Source of the DNA: an uncultured bacterium
Lineage (GTDB): Bacteria; Acidobacteriota; HRBIN11; JAKEFK01
Assembly: GCA_963837395.1 (NCBI GenBank)
Contig: CAWINI010000004.1
Span: 2,699,484-2,763,483 of the forward strand
Direction: 5' to 3'
Length of the DNA stretch: 64,000 nucleotides
Every line of letters starts with the position of its first letter. Position 1 is the first letter of the stretch. The notes below the pieces were generated by a model. That model was not told where the DNA came from. It worked only from the letters and a program-made list of their open reading frames with translations, and searched no databases. Made by a program: the position numbers and the translations under genes. Of the stretch, positions 28,433 to 38,475 are shown in pieces.

Positions 28433-31400
28433 TTATTGAACTAAAGCTTGCGCTTCTTCGAATTTCGCGGAGAGGACTGTCGAAACACCTGGTTCAGCCA
28501 TAGTAACGCCATAGAGCTGATCTGCAGCTTCCATGGTTCCTTTTTGGTGCGTAACAATAATAAATTGAATGTGCTGTTTCATTTCAGAAATCAATGAGGT
28601 GAAGCGATTAATATTCGCATCATCCAGCGCTGCATCGACTTCATCCATTACGCAAAACGGACTCGGTGTGTATTGAAATAACGCCATCAAGAATGCAATG
28701 CCGCTTAACGCCTTTTCACCACCGCTAAGCAAATTCACATTCTGTAAACGTTTTCCGGGCGGCTGTACATGAATATCGATTCCGCTATCATGAACATTTT
28801 CGGGATCGATCAAAACCATTTCAGATTTGCCTCCATTAAACAACCGTTGGAAGAAACTTTGAAAATGATTTTGAACTGCATCAAAGGCTTCACGGAATCG
28901 GCGGAGCGAAGTTTCATCAATTCTCTTTATTGTTTCCAACAACGTTTCTATTGAAACCTTTAAGTCTTCATATTGAGTTTTCAAGAAACGGTGCCGTTCT
29001 TCCATCTGCACATATTCATCCAGAGCTAGCTCATTGATCGATCCAAGTCTGTCGATGCGTGCTTCGGTTTCTTGCATCCGTGTGCGCAATTCTTCATCGT
29101 TTAATTGAACAAGTTCTGATTCAGGAAGTTGAAGTTCGTTCAGTTCAATTCCGATTTCTTCGCGGCAACGCTGAATTAAATCTTCCTGTTGAGTTTCAAC
29201 GCGGGTTTTATCAATTTCGCTAGCAGTACGTTCTTGTCGTACCTGTTCAAGATGTTGGCGTGAATCCTGAACACCACGATCGTGCTCTGTCATCTCGGAA
29301 GAGAGTTGTTCTTTTTGAGCTTCACGCAATGCGATCGCTTGTTTCTGCTCATCACGCCGATGCAATAATTCGAGTTGCTGTGTCTCAAGCTGCTCACACA
29401 TCGATCCGGTTTCAACAATTTCTTGTTCACGCTGATTGACCAATTGTTTGTTTTCATGAATCGAATTTTGAACTGTTTGTGCTTGCTGACTTAAGCGATC
29501 AATTTCTGCTAAGGCTGCGCGATCGCGTTCTTTCAGTTCTGCTATTTGAATCCGTGAATCATGAACGTGTGATTGCAGTTCTGATTGTTCATGCTTCAGA
29601 ATTTCTAACTGCTGCTCAGCTTGCTGGAATTCAAGCTCACATTGTTCTCTCCTGGTCGTTTCTTCTTGCAGTTGCAACAAAAATTGCTCCGCGCGAGCAT
29701 GAACAGACTCGCGCTCATTCGTGAACTGGTCGATTTCAGCCTGTAATCCGGCAATTATGTTGGATTCGCGTCCGAGCTCTTTTTCCAGCTGATCTATTTC
29801 CATTTTGACCATCATGCGGTCTTTATTTTTCGAATCGCGAACTTCGCCAATTCTCACCAGCTCACGATTCGACACATCAAGACGATCTTGAATTCCACGG
29901 ACCTGGTTTTCCAAATCAGCAAGATGTTGTTCGACGCGTTCCATCTCAATACTGAATTCCTTCTTCTGTCTTTGGATCGCGATCAATCCAGGCATGTCAT
30001 CTGACTTCGCACCACCGGCATAAACCGTTGGCGATAAAATCACATCACCTTGAACAGTAACAAATTGATAATCGGGATAGCGTTTGATCAGACCTTGAGC
30101 GGAATCCAGATTGTCTACCAAAACTGCAGATTGCATGAACGGTGCTACCGCTGGAAGAGCTTCATCACGAATCGCTACATTTTCACGCAAGCTTCCGATT
30201 ACACCGATTTCATTGCGCAGATCATCAGGTAAAGCTGGCGGCTGCAGATCATGACCATTCTTGATTACGAATCCGCAATAACCGAGGCCTTCTTGTTTCA
30301 GAAAATCGATCGATGCCAGTGCATTTGATTCTTCATTTACGATTAAGTAGTTCAATTTGTCTGCAAGAAAATTTTCAACTGCCGTTTCATATCTGGGATC
30401 GGTTTGAATGAAGTCCATCATCACTCCCAGAGTTTTTGCGGTAGGTTGATTCAGAAGATTGCGGGCTGATTCGTTGTAAAACTTGGATGAGTGCTGTTGT
30501 GCATCCAGCTTTTGCAATTCGCCGCGAAGTTCTTGTTGGCGTTTGAATGCATTTTGAATTTGAGCCTGTAACGCATCCCATTCAACTTTGTATTGATCGC
30601 ATCTTTGATGAATATCAGCCTTTGTTGTATCCAGGTATCCTAATTCTTCGTCGATTTGACCTGCTGAAGACCGTTTTAGTCCGAAATTTGTTGAGAATTG
30701 CTCCTGAGTTTTTAGGGCATTTTCCAATTCAATTTCTTTCTTCTGGGTAAACTCCACAAGGTGTTCGTGATGTGTATGAAGACGGGTTTGCTCATTCTTC
30801 AATTGGGCTGAGCTGGAAAGTAATTCCAGGATATCTTTCCGCAGCTGTTGCACGCGTAGTTCAAGATTGTTTACCTCAGTTGATTTTTGTTCCAACTGGG
30901 AAAACATCTGTGTATGTTGTTGAATTAATTCATCAGTGCGCAATTTTAATTGCGTTTCTTCTTCTGATTTTGATTCGCGAATTTGCTGAAGATTGATTTC
31001 TTCTTCCGCCAGTCGTTGAATTTCAGCTTCTTTCTCACGGATACCATTCCTTAAATCTTCAATCCGCTGCCGTTTAGCTTGAAGGTTGCTCTGGTTTTCC
31101 TGGATTTGCATTTCGTGGTGATGCAAATTGGATTGGTCCTGATATAACTGACTTTCCAGTTCTGTGAAGCGCAGCTTCATCTCATTCAGCACTAATTCAC
31201 GTTGTTGCAGATTTTGCAGCGCCGCTTGTTCTTCTTCAAATTTCTGTGCGAGCTTTGCTTCGATTCGCTCGCACTCCTCTTTGATTTGATGGAATTTACG
31301 ATTGAATATGATCCGCTGCATGATCGATTTTTCTTCTTTTAACATTTGATAACGTCTCGCTTTTGCTGCCTGACGTTTCAAACTGGAAAGTTGCTTTTCA

Positions 31401-31990
31401 ACTTCAACCAGAATGTCTTGAACGCGTTCCAGTTGAATTTGATTGTCGGCAAGTTTCAATTGTGCGGCTCGTTTTTTATGTTTGAATTCTGCAACCCCCG
31501 CAACTTCTTCAATCAATGCTCTGCGTTCAATCGGTTTCGATTCGAAAAGAAAATTAATGCGGCCTTGTTCCAGTATGGAATATGCAAGCGGATCAAATCC
31601 TTCATTTAAGAAAAAGGCGTGAATGTCTTTAAGGCGGCAAATCTCTCCGTTCATCTCATACTGGCTTTCGCCGGATCGGAAAAGCCGGCGGGCAATCGAA
31701 ACTTCTGTGGCAGCGGGTGCATCTTTTTCCGTTTTCCAGAATAAGGTGACTTGCGCCATGTTTAAGGCCTTGCGATTCCTGGATCCAGTAAAAATCACTT
31801 CTTCCATCTTGTCGGAACGCAAGGATTTGGCGCTCTGTTCGCCGAGAACCCAATTTAGAGCATCAACAACGTTGCTTTTTCCGCAGCCATTCGGGCCGAC
31901 GACAGAAGTGATTCCAGGAAAGATCTTAAGGATGGTTTTTTCGCAAAAAGACTTAAAACCAAGAATTTCGATTCTATCTAGAAACAGCAT
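28433..31990 (-). CDS. smc: chromosome segregation protein SMC
   Basis: Walker A GPNGCGKSN at the N-terminus, long coiled coils, hinge, C-terminal signature LSGGEK and Walker B; 1185 aa. Confidence 0.9.
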   Translation of the reverse strand: MLFLDRIEILGFKSFCEKTILKIFPGITSVVGPNGCGKSNVVDALNWVLGEQSAKSLRSDKMEEVIFTGSRNRKALNMAQVTLFWKTEKDAPAATEVSIARRLFRSGESQYEMNGEICRLKDIHAFFLNEGFDPLAYSILEQGRINFLFESKPIERRALIEEVAGVAEFKHKKRAAQLKLADNQIQLERVQDILVEVEKQLSSLKRQAAKARRYQMLKEEKSIMQRIIFNRKFHQIKEECERIEAKLAQKFEEEQAALQNLQQRELVLNEMKLRFTELESQLYQDQSNLHHHEMQIQENQSNLQAKRQRIEDLRNGIREKEAEIQRLAEEEINLQQIRESKSEEETQLKLRTDELIQQHTQMFSQLEQKSTEVNNLELRVQQLRKDILELLSSSAQLKNEQTRLHTHHEHLVEFTQKKEIELENALKTQEQFSTNFGLKRSSAGQIDEELGYLDTTKADIHQRCDQYKVEWDALQAQIQNAFKRQQELRGELQKLDAQQHSSKFYNESARNLLNQPTAKTLGVMMDFIQTDPRYETAVENFLADKLNYLIVNEESNALASIDFLKQEGLGYCGFVIKNGHDLQPPALPDDLRNEIGVIGSLRENVAIRDEALPAVAPFMQSAVLVDNLDSAQGLIKRYPDYQFVTVQGDVILSPTVYAGGAKSDDMPGLIAIQRQKKEFSIEMERVEQHLADLENQVRGIQDRLDVSNRELVRIGEVRDSKNKDRMMVKMEIDQLEKELGRESNIIAGLQAEIDQFTNERESVHARAEQFLLQLQEETTRREQCELEFQQAEQQLEILKHEQSELQSHVHDSRIQIAELKERDRAALAEIDRLSQQAQTVQNSIHENKQLVNQREQEIVETGSMCEQLETQQLELLHRRDEQKQAIALREAQKEQLSSEMTEHDRGVQDSRQHLEQVRQERTASEIDKTRVETQQEDLIQRCREEIGIELNELQLPESELVQLNDEELRTRMQETEARIDRLGSINELALDEYVQMEERHRFLKTQYEDLKVSIETLLETIKRIDETSLRRFREAFDAVQNHFQSFFQRLFNGGKSEMVLIDPENVHDSGIDIHVQPPGKRLQNVNLLSGGEKALSGIAFLMALFQYTPSPFCVMDEVDAALDDANINRFTSLISEMKQHIQFIIVTHQKGTMEAADQLYGVTMAEPGVSTVLSAKFEEAQALVQ

Positions 31991-32152
31991 ATTCCCACTA
32001 TATCCCGTGGTACCTCAAAAAGTCGCCACAAAGTATAGCATGTGGGATAAGTGGCAGCAAGCAATTTTGATCACAATGTATATAGTAGAATGATGTTATT
32101 AGAGATATGGGGCCTTCAGATAAGCATGAAATTCCGGCTAGGTGATTGCTTT

Positions 32153-32181
32153 TTGACAGGTTGTCGGGATTACATTACAAT
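32153..32181 (+). promoter_or_regulatory. sigma-70-type promoter TTGACA-N17-TACAAT upstream of ilvE
   Basis: Exact consensus -35 (32153-32158) and a near-consensus -10 (32176-32181) with a 17-nt spacer. Confidence 0.5.
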
Positions 32182-32246
32182 TGCGACAGAGCTTGCTATA
32201 AGTCCGTTGGATGGCCAAAACAAGAGAAAAGGAGTTTATAAAAACC

Positions 32247-33227
32247 ATGGCTTTTGAAGGTAGATCGGACAAGATCTGGTACAACGGAAGGTTTGTCGAT
32301 TGGGATGATTGCAAGATTCACATTGCCTCCCATGTAATCCACTATGGTTCAGCTTTATTTGGCGGAATGCGTTGTTACAAAACGAAACAAGGTTCAGCTG
32401 TTTTCCGGATGCAAGATCACACAAGGCGTTTGATTGATTCTTGCAAGATTTACCGGATGGAGCCGGAATTTTCGCAGGAAGATTATAATGAAGCGATTCT
32501 GGAAACAATCCGGATAAATCGGATGAAAGAATGTTATGTTCGTCCGATCGTTTATCGTGGTTATCACAGTCTTGGCGTTAATCCATTTCCATGTCCAATT
32601 GATTCCGCAATTCTGGTTTGGGAATGGGGAAAATATCTTGGTGAAGAAGCACTGGAGAAAGGTGTTGATGTTTGTGTTTCTTCCTGGAATAGAATGGCTC
32701 CAAATACTTTTCCTGCGATGGCTAAAGCAAGCGCTAATTACATGAATTCGCAGTTGATTCGCATGGAAGCAATTATCGGTGGATTTGTAGAAGGAATTTC
32801 ATTAGATCCATCCGGTCATGTTAGCGAAGGCAGCGGAGAAAATGTATTCCTGGTTTGGAGAGGCAAGGTTTATACACCAAATCTTGCTTCCAGTATTTTA
32901 TCTGGAATTACCCGCAATACAGTTATGACTCTTGCCGAAGATCTCGGTTATGAAGTAGTGGAAGATGCGATTCCGCGTGAACTTTTATACATTGCAGACG
33001 AAGTTTTTATGACCGGAAGCGCAGCTGAAATTAGTCCCATCCGATCGATTGATAAAATTAATATCGGAAACGGCAAACGAGGTCCGGTTACGGAGAGAAT
33101 TCAAAGGGAATTTTTTGCAATTATTACCGGTGAAAAACCGGATCGCCACGGATGGTTAACTCAGGTTTATTCTGATGAGCGCGAATCTGAGGCGGTTCCA
33201 GCTGCAAACGTAGCGCACGGAAAATAG
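32247..33227 (+). CDS. ilvE: branched-chain amino acid aminotransferase
   Basis: Class IV aminotransferase; N-terminus MAFEGRSDKIWYNGRFVDWDDCKIHIASHVIHYGSALFGGMRCY aligns with E. coli IlvE from residue 1 (the ORF-track start at 32211 adds 12 residues); AAGGAG upstream. Confidence 0.85.
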   Translation: MAFEGRSDKIWYNGRFVDWDDCKIHIASHVIHYGSALFGGMRCYKTKQGSAVFRMQDHTRRLIDSCKIYRMEPEFSQEDYNEAILETIRINRMKECYVRPIVYRGYHSLGVNPFPCPIDSAILVWEWGKYLGEEALEKGVDVCVSSWNRMAPNTFPAMAKASANYMNSQLIRMEAIIGGFVEGISLDPSGHVSEGSGENVFLVWRGKVYTPNLASSILSGITRNTVMTLAEDLGYEVVEDAIPRELLYIADEVFMTGSAAEISPIRSIDKINIGNGKRGPVTERIQREFFAIITGEKPDRHGWLTQVYSDERESEAVPAANVAHGK

Positions 33228-33297
33228 TTGATTGACACGAGGAGGATTCAGCTTCTCCAAACGTTTATGGGAGAAGTAGTCCTGGAGGATTTCGCAT

Positions 33298-34493
33298 ATG
33301 CATATTAACGATCTGTTGAAGATCGCAACGGAGAAGGGGCCTCAGATCTTCATCTTAAAGTCGGTTCGCATCCGGTATTACGTATCACCGGCGAACTGGT
33401 GCCTCAGGTTGATTTAAAGCGGTTAATGCAGGAAGACACCATAGCCATGGCTTTCAGCATTATGAATAACCGCCAGAAGCAAAAATTCAAAGATCATCTG
33501 GAGATCGATATTGCTTACAGCGTTCCAGGGCTGGGCCGTTTCCGCTGCAACATTTTTCAGCAGCGCGGAACTGTAGGTCTTGTTCTGCGCGTCATTCCTG
33601 TAAAAATTCTAACAGTTCGTGAGCTATTACTGCCACTTGTTCTGGAAAAAATTTCCATGGAACAGCGTGGTTTGATCCTTTGCACAGGAACTACCGGTTC
33701 CGGCAAATCCACAACTCTTGCCGCGCTGATCGATTACATCAACGCACATCGTAAAGCGCATATCATCACGATTGAGGATCCAATCGAATTCCTGCATCGC
33801 GATAAAAAGAGTTTGATCAATCAACGCGAAGTTGAAGTTGATACTAAAAGCTTTTCCGGCGCACTTCGATCCGCATTACGTCAAGATCCTGATGTAATTC
33901 TGGTCGGTGAAATGCGTGATTATGAAACGATTGAAACTGCTATTACCGCGGCTGAAACAGGCCATTTAGTTCTCAGCACGCTCCATACGTTGGATGCCAC
34001 TGAAACCATCAACCGTATTATTGCGGTATTTCCGCCGCATCAGCAAAAGCAAATCCGATTGCAGCTAGCTCAAGTATTGAAAGCTGTTGTTTCTTTGCGC
34101 CTTTTGCCAAAAGCGGATGGTCATGGACGTGTACCGGCAACGGAAGTTCTGGTTTCAACCGCCTTGATCCGCGACTACATTATTAACAAAGAAAAAACGC
34201 GGCATATCCCGGATGCAATTTCCCAGGGGCTTTCGCAATACGGCATGCAAACGTTTGATCAATCGCTGTATTCCTTGTTGAAGAAGAACATGATTACGTA
34301 TGAAGAAGCATTGCTGTGGGCAACGAATCCGGAAGAATTCAAATTGCGGCTGCAAGGTATTTCTTCAACGAGCGGCATGACCCAGGAACAAATCGAAGAG
34401 TTCTCTTTCCGCGGTGATACCGCCGGAAAAGATTCCGTAGATTCAGGCGGAGGAATTGGGGACGAATTCCCCATGGACGAACTCGAACGATAG
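33298..34493 (+). CDS. pilT: type IV pilus retraction ATPase PilT (frameshifted at 33336-33339 in this assembly)
   Basis: Walker A GTTGSGKST and the PilT C-terminal region. The N-terminal 13 codons (MHINDLLKIATEK, GGAGG RBS) are in another frame and rejoin the main ORF (33399..) after a one-base deletion in a G4 run, restoring ASDLHLKVGSHPVLRITGE. Confidence 0.8.
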
Positions 34494-34508
34494 GATCTCT
34501 GCGTTTTT

Positions 34509-34961
34509 GTGGTGAATCCTGCAAGGGAACGAGCTATATACTATTTGGCTCGTTTTGCGCGAACCTCCAAACAAGTCGCCGATTATCTCGCACGAAAACA
34601 ATTTACACCTGATCAAATTCAAGATGCGCTGTCTTATCTGACAGAACACCGGTATCTGAATGACGATTCCTTTGCCGAATCTTTCATTCGTGACAAGATC
34701 AATCACAAAGATGGGCCATTCAAAATCAAACAGATGCTTTTTCAAAAAGGCATTGCTCCTGAAACTTCAGACCGTTTGATTGCCGAACTCTATCCTGCTG
34801 AAATTCAGCAAGAGAATGCTGCCCTTTTGATGCAGCAAAAATTACGGAATGCCGGACCTGCTTCGAAACTCGGACGATTGCAGAGAGAAAAGCTGTTCCG
34901 GTTTGTTGCTTCCCGTGGCTTCAACCGGTATGTTATTATTCAAGCCTTTAAATCGCTGTAA
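34509..34961 (+). CDS. recX: recombination regulator RecX
   Basis: Three-helix-repeat RecX pattern (YLARFARTSKQVADYLARK...ALSYLTEHRYLNDDSFAESFI); 150 aa; immediately upstream of alaS. Confidence 0.8.
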   Translation: MVNPARERAIYYLARFARTSKQVADYLARKQFTPDQIQDALSYLTEHRYLNDDSFAESFIRDKINHKDGPFKIKQMLFQKGIAPETSDRLIAELYPAEIQQENAALLMQQKLRNAGPASKLGRLQREKLFRFVASRGFNRYVIIQAFKSL

Positions 34962-34986
34962 GATTTAACCGCAAAGACGCAAAATC

Positions 34987-37629
34987 ATGAAAACGAACGA
35001 CATCAGGAAAACATTTCTTAACTTTTTTGAACAGCGTGGGCATACCATCGTTCCGTCTTCATCGCTTATTCCTTATGGTGATCCGACTCTGTTGTTCACA
35101 AATGCAGGAATGAATCAATTCAAGAATGTTTTTCTTGGAATTGAAAAGCGTGATTACTTTAGAGCGACATCCTGCCAGAAGGTTTTGCGTGCTGGCGGTA
35201 AACATAATGATCTGGAAAATGTTGGAAAGACCGCGCGGCATCACACTTTTTTTGAGATGCTCGGAAATTTTTCATTCGGTGATTATTTCAAGAAAGACGC
35301 AACAGTCTGGGCATGGGAACTTGTAACTCAGGGCTACAAAATGGATCCGGAACGACTGTGGATTTCAATCCATCATTCGGATGATGAAGCTTTTGAATGC
35401 TGGAACAAACAGGTGGGAGTTCCTGCTGAACGGATCGTACGACTCGGTGACAAAGATAATTTTTGGGCTATGGGTGAAACAGGCCGATGCGGGCCTTGTT
35501 CTGAAATCTATTACGATCAGGGTCCTGAATTCGGCTGCGGGCGCGCTGAATGCAATCTGGAATGTGATTGCGGACGTTACACCGAATTCTGGAATCTTGT
35601 CTTCATGCAATTCAACCGAAATGAAAAAGGAGAGCTGACTCCTCTTCCAAAACCTTCGATTGATACCGGCTTAGGCCTGGAACGTCTTGCAGCTTTGCTT
35701 CAACGCGTACCAAACAACTTTGAAATTGATTCCATTTTCCCGCTGATTCAATTTGGTTCAGAGTTGTCAGCGGTTCAATATCATGCTTCAGAAGCAACTG
35801 ATGTTGCATTGAAAGTTCTTGCCGATCATTCACGTGCCGCAACATTTTTGATTTCCGAAGGTATCACACCTTCAAACGAAGGGCGTGGTTATGTTTTGCG
35901 GAGGATCATCCGCCGCGCGTTACGTTATGGACGCACTTTGCATTTTCACGATCCATTTTTATTCAAAATGACCGGCAACGTTATTGATTTGATGCAAGAC
36001 GTGTATCCGGAGTTAATTCCAGCACGCGAATATGTTTCATTAGTTTGCAAATCGGAAGAAGAAAAATTCAAGTCCGTTGTAGAAAATGCGACTACGCAAC
36101 TGGAATCGCTTTTTGATCAAGCAGAAAAAGAAAAACGCAAAGCCATAACTGGCAAGGAAGCATTCAAGCTTTACGATACCTTTGGGTTGCCGCTAGATTT
36201 CGTTCAGGAAATGGCGAATGAAAGAAATTTCGAAGTCGATACCAACGGCTATGAAGAAGAAATGGAAAAGCAGCGAAAAACTGCTCGCGCTGCCTGGAAA
36301 GGTGATACTGCTTTTGAAGCTCAAGAAGTTTATCGAAATTTGAGTCAAACATTTCAGACCGCATTTACGGGTTATTCTTCGATCCGTGAAACGGAGTGTG
36401 AGATTCTTCAGATCCTGATCGATTATCAAACTGCTGGAAAAATTTCACAAGGTGAAAAGGGCGAAATCATTCTGAACAAAACCTGTTTTTACGCGGAATC
36501 CGGCGGACAACTTGGTGATCGCGGTGAATTAATCGGAGAATCAGGAAAAGCACATGTTGTTGATACGCAAGTCCCAGTTCCAGGATTGATTGTTCACAAA
36601 GTTGAAGTCACTCACGGGTCATTTGAAACCGGATCATTCGTAGATGCTGTAGTGGACCCTTCTTTTCGAGCATCAGTTCGCAAAAATCACACCGCCACTC
36701 ATGTTTTGCATGCGACCCTCAGGCAGCAATTTGGTGAGCACGTGAAGCAATCCGGATCGCTAGTTGCACCCGATCGGTTGCGTTTTGATTTCACCCATTA
36801 CGGCGGTTTGAAAGAAAGTGACATCCGTGATCTAGAACATCATGTGAATGCGCGGATCCTTTCGAATCACCTTGTGAATACTAAAGTAACAACGGTAGAA
36901 GAAGCAATGGAACAAGGTGCAATGGCGTTGTTTGGTGAAAAGTATGGTGACCACGTACGCATGGTTACAATCGGTGATTTCAGTAAAGAATTGTGCGGCG
37001 GCACACATGTTGGAGCAACAGGTGAAGTTGGCGCATTCTTAATTGCAAAAGAATCGAGCACTGCTGCTGGAATTAGAAGGATCGAAGCGATTACCGGAAA
37101 CGGAGCTCTTGATTACATACAACAAGAACGCAAATTGATTCACGATTTGACTTCATCATTGAAAATTTCCCAAGATGATTTGCTTCAACGCATTCAAGAA
37201 TTGGTGGATCGCAACAAAAAACTGGAAAAGGAAATTGAACGTCTGAAGTCAAAAGAATTTCAAACAGCAACAGATTCATCTTTAGTTCGCGAACAAAAGC
37301 TTGAAAATGATCAGCGCATCTTTATTCGCGTGTTTGAAGAAGCAGATCCGGATCAGCTTGGTAATTTTGTAGATGAAACATTCCGTGGGGGAAAATTCGC
37401 AGGGGTTGTGGCAGCTTCAGCTTCAACGGGCGCTATAGCAGTCCGTGTTAGTGAAGCGAATGATGCTTCTAAACTATTACGGAACTATTTTGCCCCCGAA
37501 TTTGGTGGCGGAGGCGGAGGCCGAAAAGACTTCGCTAAGGGAGGCCTCAAAAAGACAAAAGACCTGTCGCCTGCCAGCTTTGCCGATACCCTTCTAAGAT
37601 TAGCAACTCAATACTTTTCCGAGCGATAA
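34987..37629 (+). CDS. alaS: alanine--tRNA ligase
   Basis: Class II aaRS motifs (FTNAGM, HHTFFEMLGNFSFGDYFK), editing-domain HTATH and CGGTH zinc motifs, C-terminal GGGGG DHHA1 domain; 880 aa. Confidence 0.95.
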   Translation: MKTNDIRKTFLNFFEQRGHTIVPSSSLIPYGDPTLLFTNAGMNQFKNVFLGIEKRDYFRATSCQKVLRAGGKHNDLENVGKTARHHTFFEMLGNFSFGDYFKKDATVWAWELVTQGYKMDPERLWISIHHSDDEAFECWNKQVGVPAERIVRLGDKDNFWAMGETGRCGPCSEIYYDQGPEFGCGRAECNLECDCGRYTEFWNLVFMQFNRNEKGELTPLPKPSIDTGLGLERLAALLQRVPNNFEIDSIFPLIQFGSELSAVQYHASEATDVALKVLADHSRAATFLISEGITPSNEGRGYVLRRIIRRALRYGRTLHFHDPFLFKMTGNVIDLMQDVYPELIPAREYVSLVCKSEEEKFKSVVENATTQLESLFDQAEKEKRKAITGKEAFKLYDTFGLPLDFVQEMANERNFEVDTNGYEEEMEKQRKTARAAWKGDTAFEAQEVYRNLSQTFQTAFTGYSSIRETECEILQILIDYQTAGKISQGEKGEIILNKTCFYAESGGQLGDRGELIGESGKAHVVDTQVPVPGLIVHKVEVTHGSFETGSFVDAVVDPSFRASVRKNHTATHVLHATLRQQFGEHVKQSGSLVAPDRLRFDFTHYGGLKESDIRDLEHHVNARILSNHLVNTKVTTVEEAMEQGAMALFGEKYGDHVRMVTIGDFSKELCGGTHVGATGEVGAFLIAKESSTAAGIRRIEAITGNGALDYIQQERKLIHDLTSSLKISQDDLLQRIQELVDRNKKLEKEIERLKSKEFQTATDSSLVREQKLENDQRIFIRVFEEADPDQLGNFVDETFRGGKFAGVVAASASTGAIAVRVSEANDASKLLRNYFAPEFGGGGGGRKDFAKGGLKKTKDLSPASFADTLLRLATQYFSER

Positions 37630-37666
37630 TCTTACCTAAGTGCACCAGATAAAGGCACTTAGCCCG

Positions 37667-37696
37667 TTGACAGCAGGGCTGCCGGAATGTTAAGAT
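37667..37696 (+). promoter_or_regulatory. sigma-70-type promoter TTGACA-N17-TTAAGAT upstream of the SLT gene
   Basis: Consensus -35 at 37667-37672, 17-nt spacer, A/T-rich -10. Confidence 0.4.
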
Positions 37697-37764
37697 TTAG
37701 CCGCTTGATGAACTCAGCAATAGTTTTGGGGACTTGTGTCTCTAGTTCGATGGGGCTCTAAATA

Positions 37765-38475
37765 ATGCTCACAGCATTTCGAAAGCTGGCAGTGCTGACT
37801 TTGTTAATCTGGGCCGGAACTGCTTGCGCGAATTCTGTTCTTTGGAAATTAGATGACAAAGGACGGAAAGTCTTCTACAACAACCCGTCAAAAACAAGAC
37901 TAAAGCTGACCGATTCTGGCGAAGTTTGGCTTGGATATTCCAACAGAGTTGAAGAATACTCCGAGCTGATCAATACGATTTCTCAACGTCATGGCGTAGA
38001 TCCTGAGCTGGTAAAAGCAGTCATTCAAGTTGAATCGAACTACAATGATCGTGCTGTGTCGCATAAAGGCGCATGCGGGTTAATGCAGTTGATGCCGGCA
38101 ACAGCAGCCAGATATGGAGTTCAATCCATATTTGAACCAGCTCAAAACATCGATGGTGGCGTTCGTTATTTAAGAGACCTTCTTGAATTGTTTAACAGTG
38201 ATGTCCGGCTTAGCGTTGCTGCCTATAACGCGGGTGAAAATCGCGTTCAGCGTATCAATGACATTCCGGACTTTATCGAAACCCAAAACTATGTAAGAAA
38301 AGTAATGGCTCTCTATCGTGGTGATATGAAATATACGCCGTACGGTGGTGGCACCGCGCGGATTAGAAACGTAACTTACTACAAGTTCGTTGATAGCAAA
38401 GGTGTCACCCATTATTCGGCGTCGCCTGTTGCTTTCCCCAATGCCACAAAAGTGAGCTTCTCCTATTCATGGTAA
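37765..38475 (+). CDS. lytic transglycosylase (SLT domain) with signal peptide
   Basis: VIQVESNYNDRAVSHKGACGLMQLMPATA...AAYNAGENRV family-1 lytic transglycosylase motifs. Confidence 0.8.
   Translation: MLTAFRKLAVLTLLIWAGTACANSVLWKLDDKGRKVFYNNPSKTRLKLTDSGEVWLGYSNRVEEYSELINTISQRHGVDPELVKAVIQVESNYNDRAVSHKGACGLMQLMPATAARYGVQSIFEPAQNIDGGVRYLRDLLELFNSDVRLSVAAYNAGENRVQRINDIPDFIETQNYVRKVMALYRGDMKYTPYGGGTARIRNVTYYKFVDSKGVTHYSASPVAFPNATKVSFSYSW

Noticed and set aside
33399-34493. pilT starting at the ORF-track position 33399
   Set aside because: Lacks the conserved PilT N-terminal segment, which is present 100 nt upstream in another frame with its own RBS
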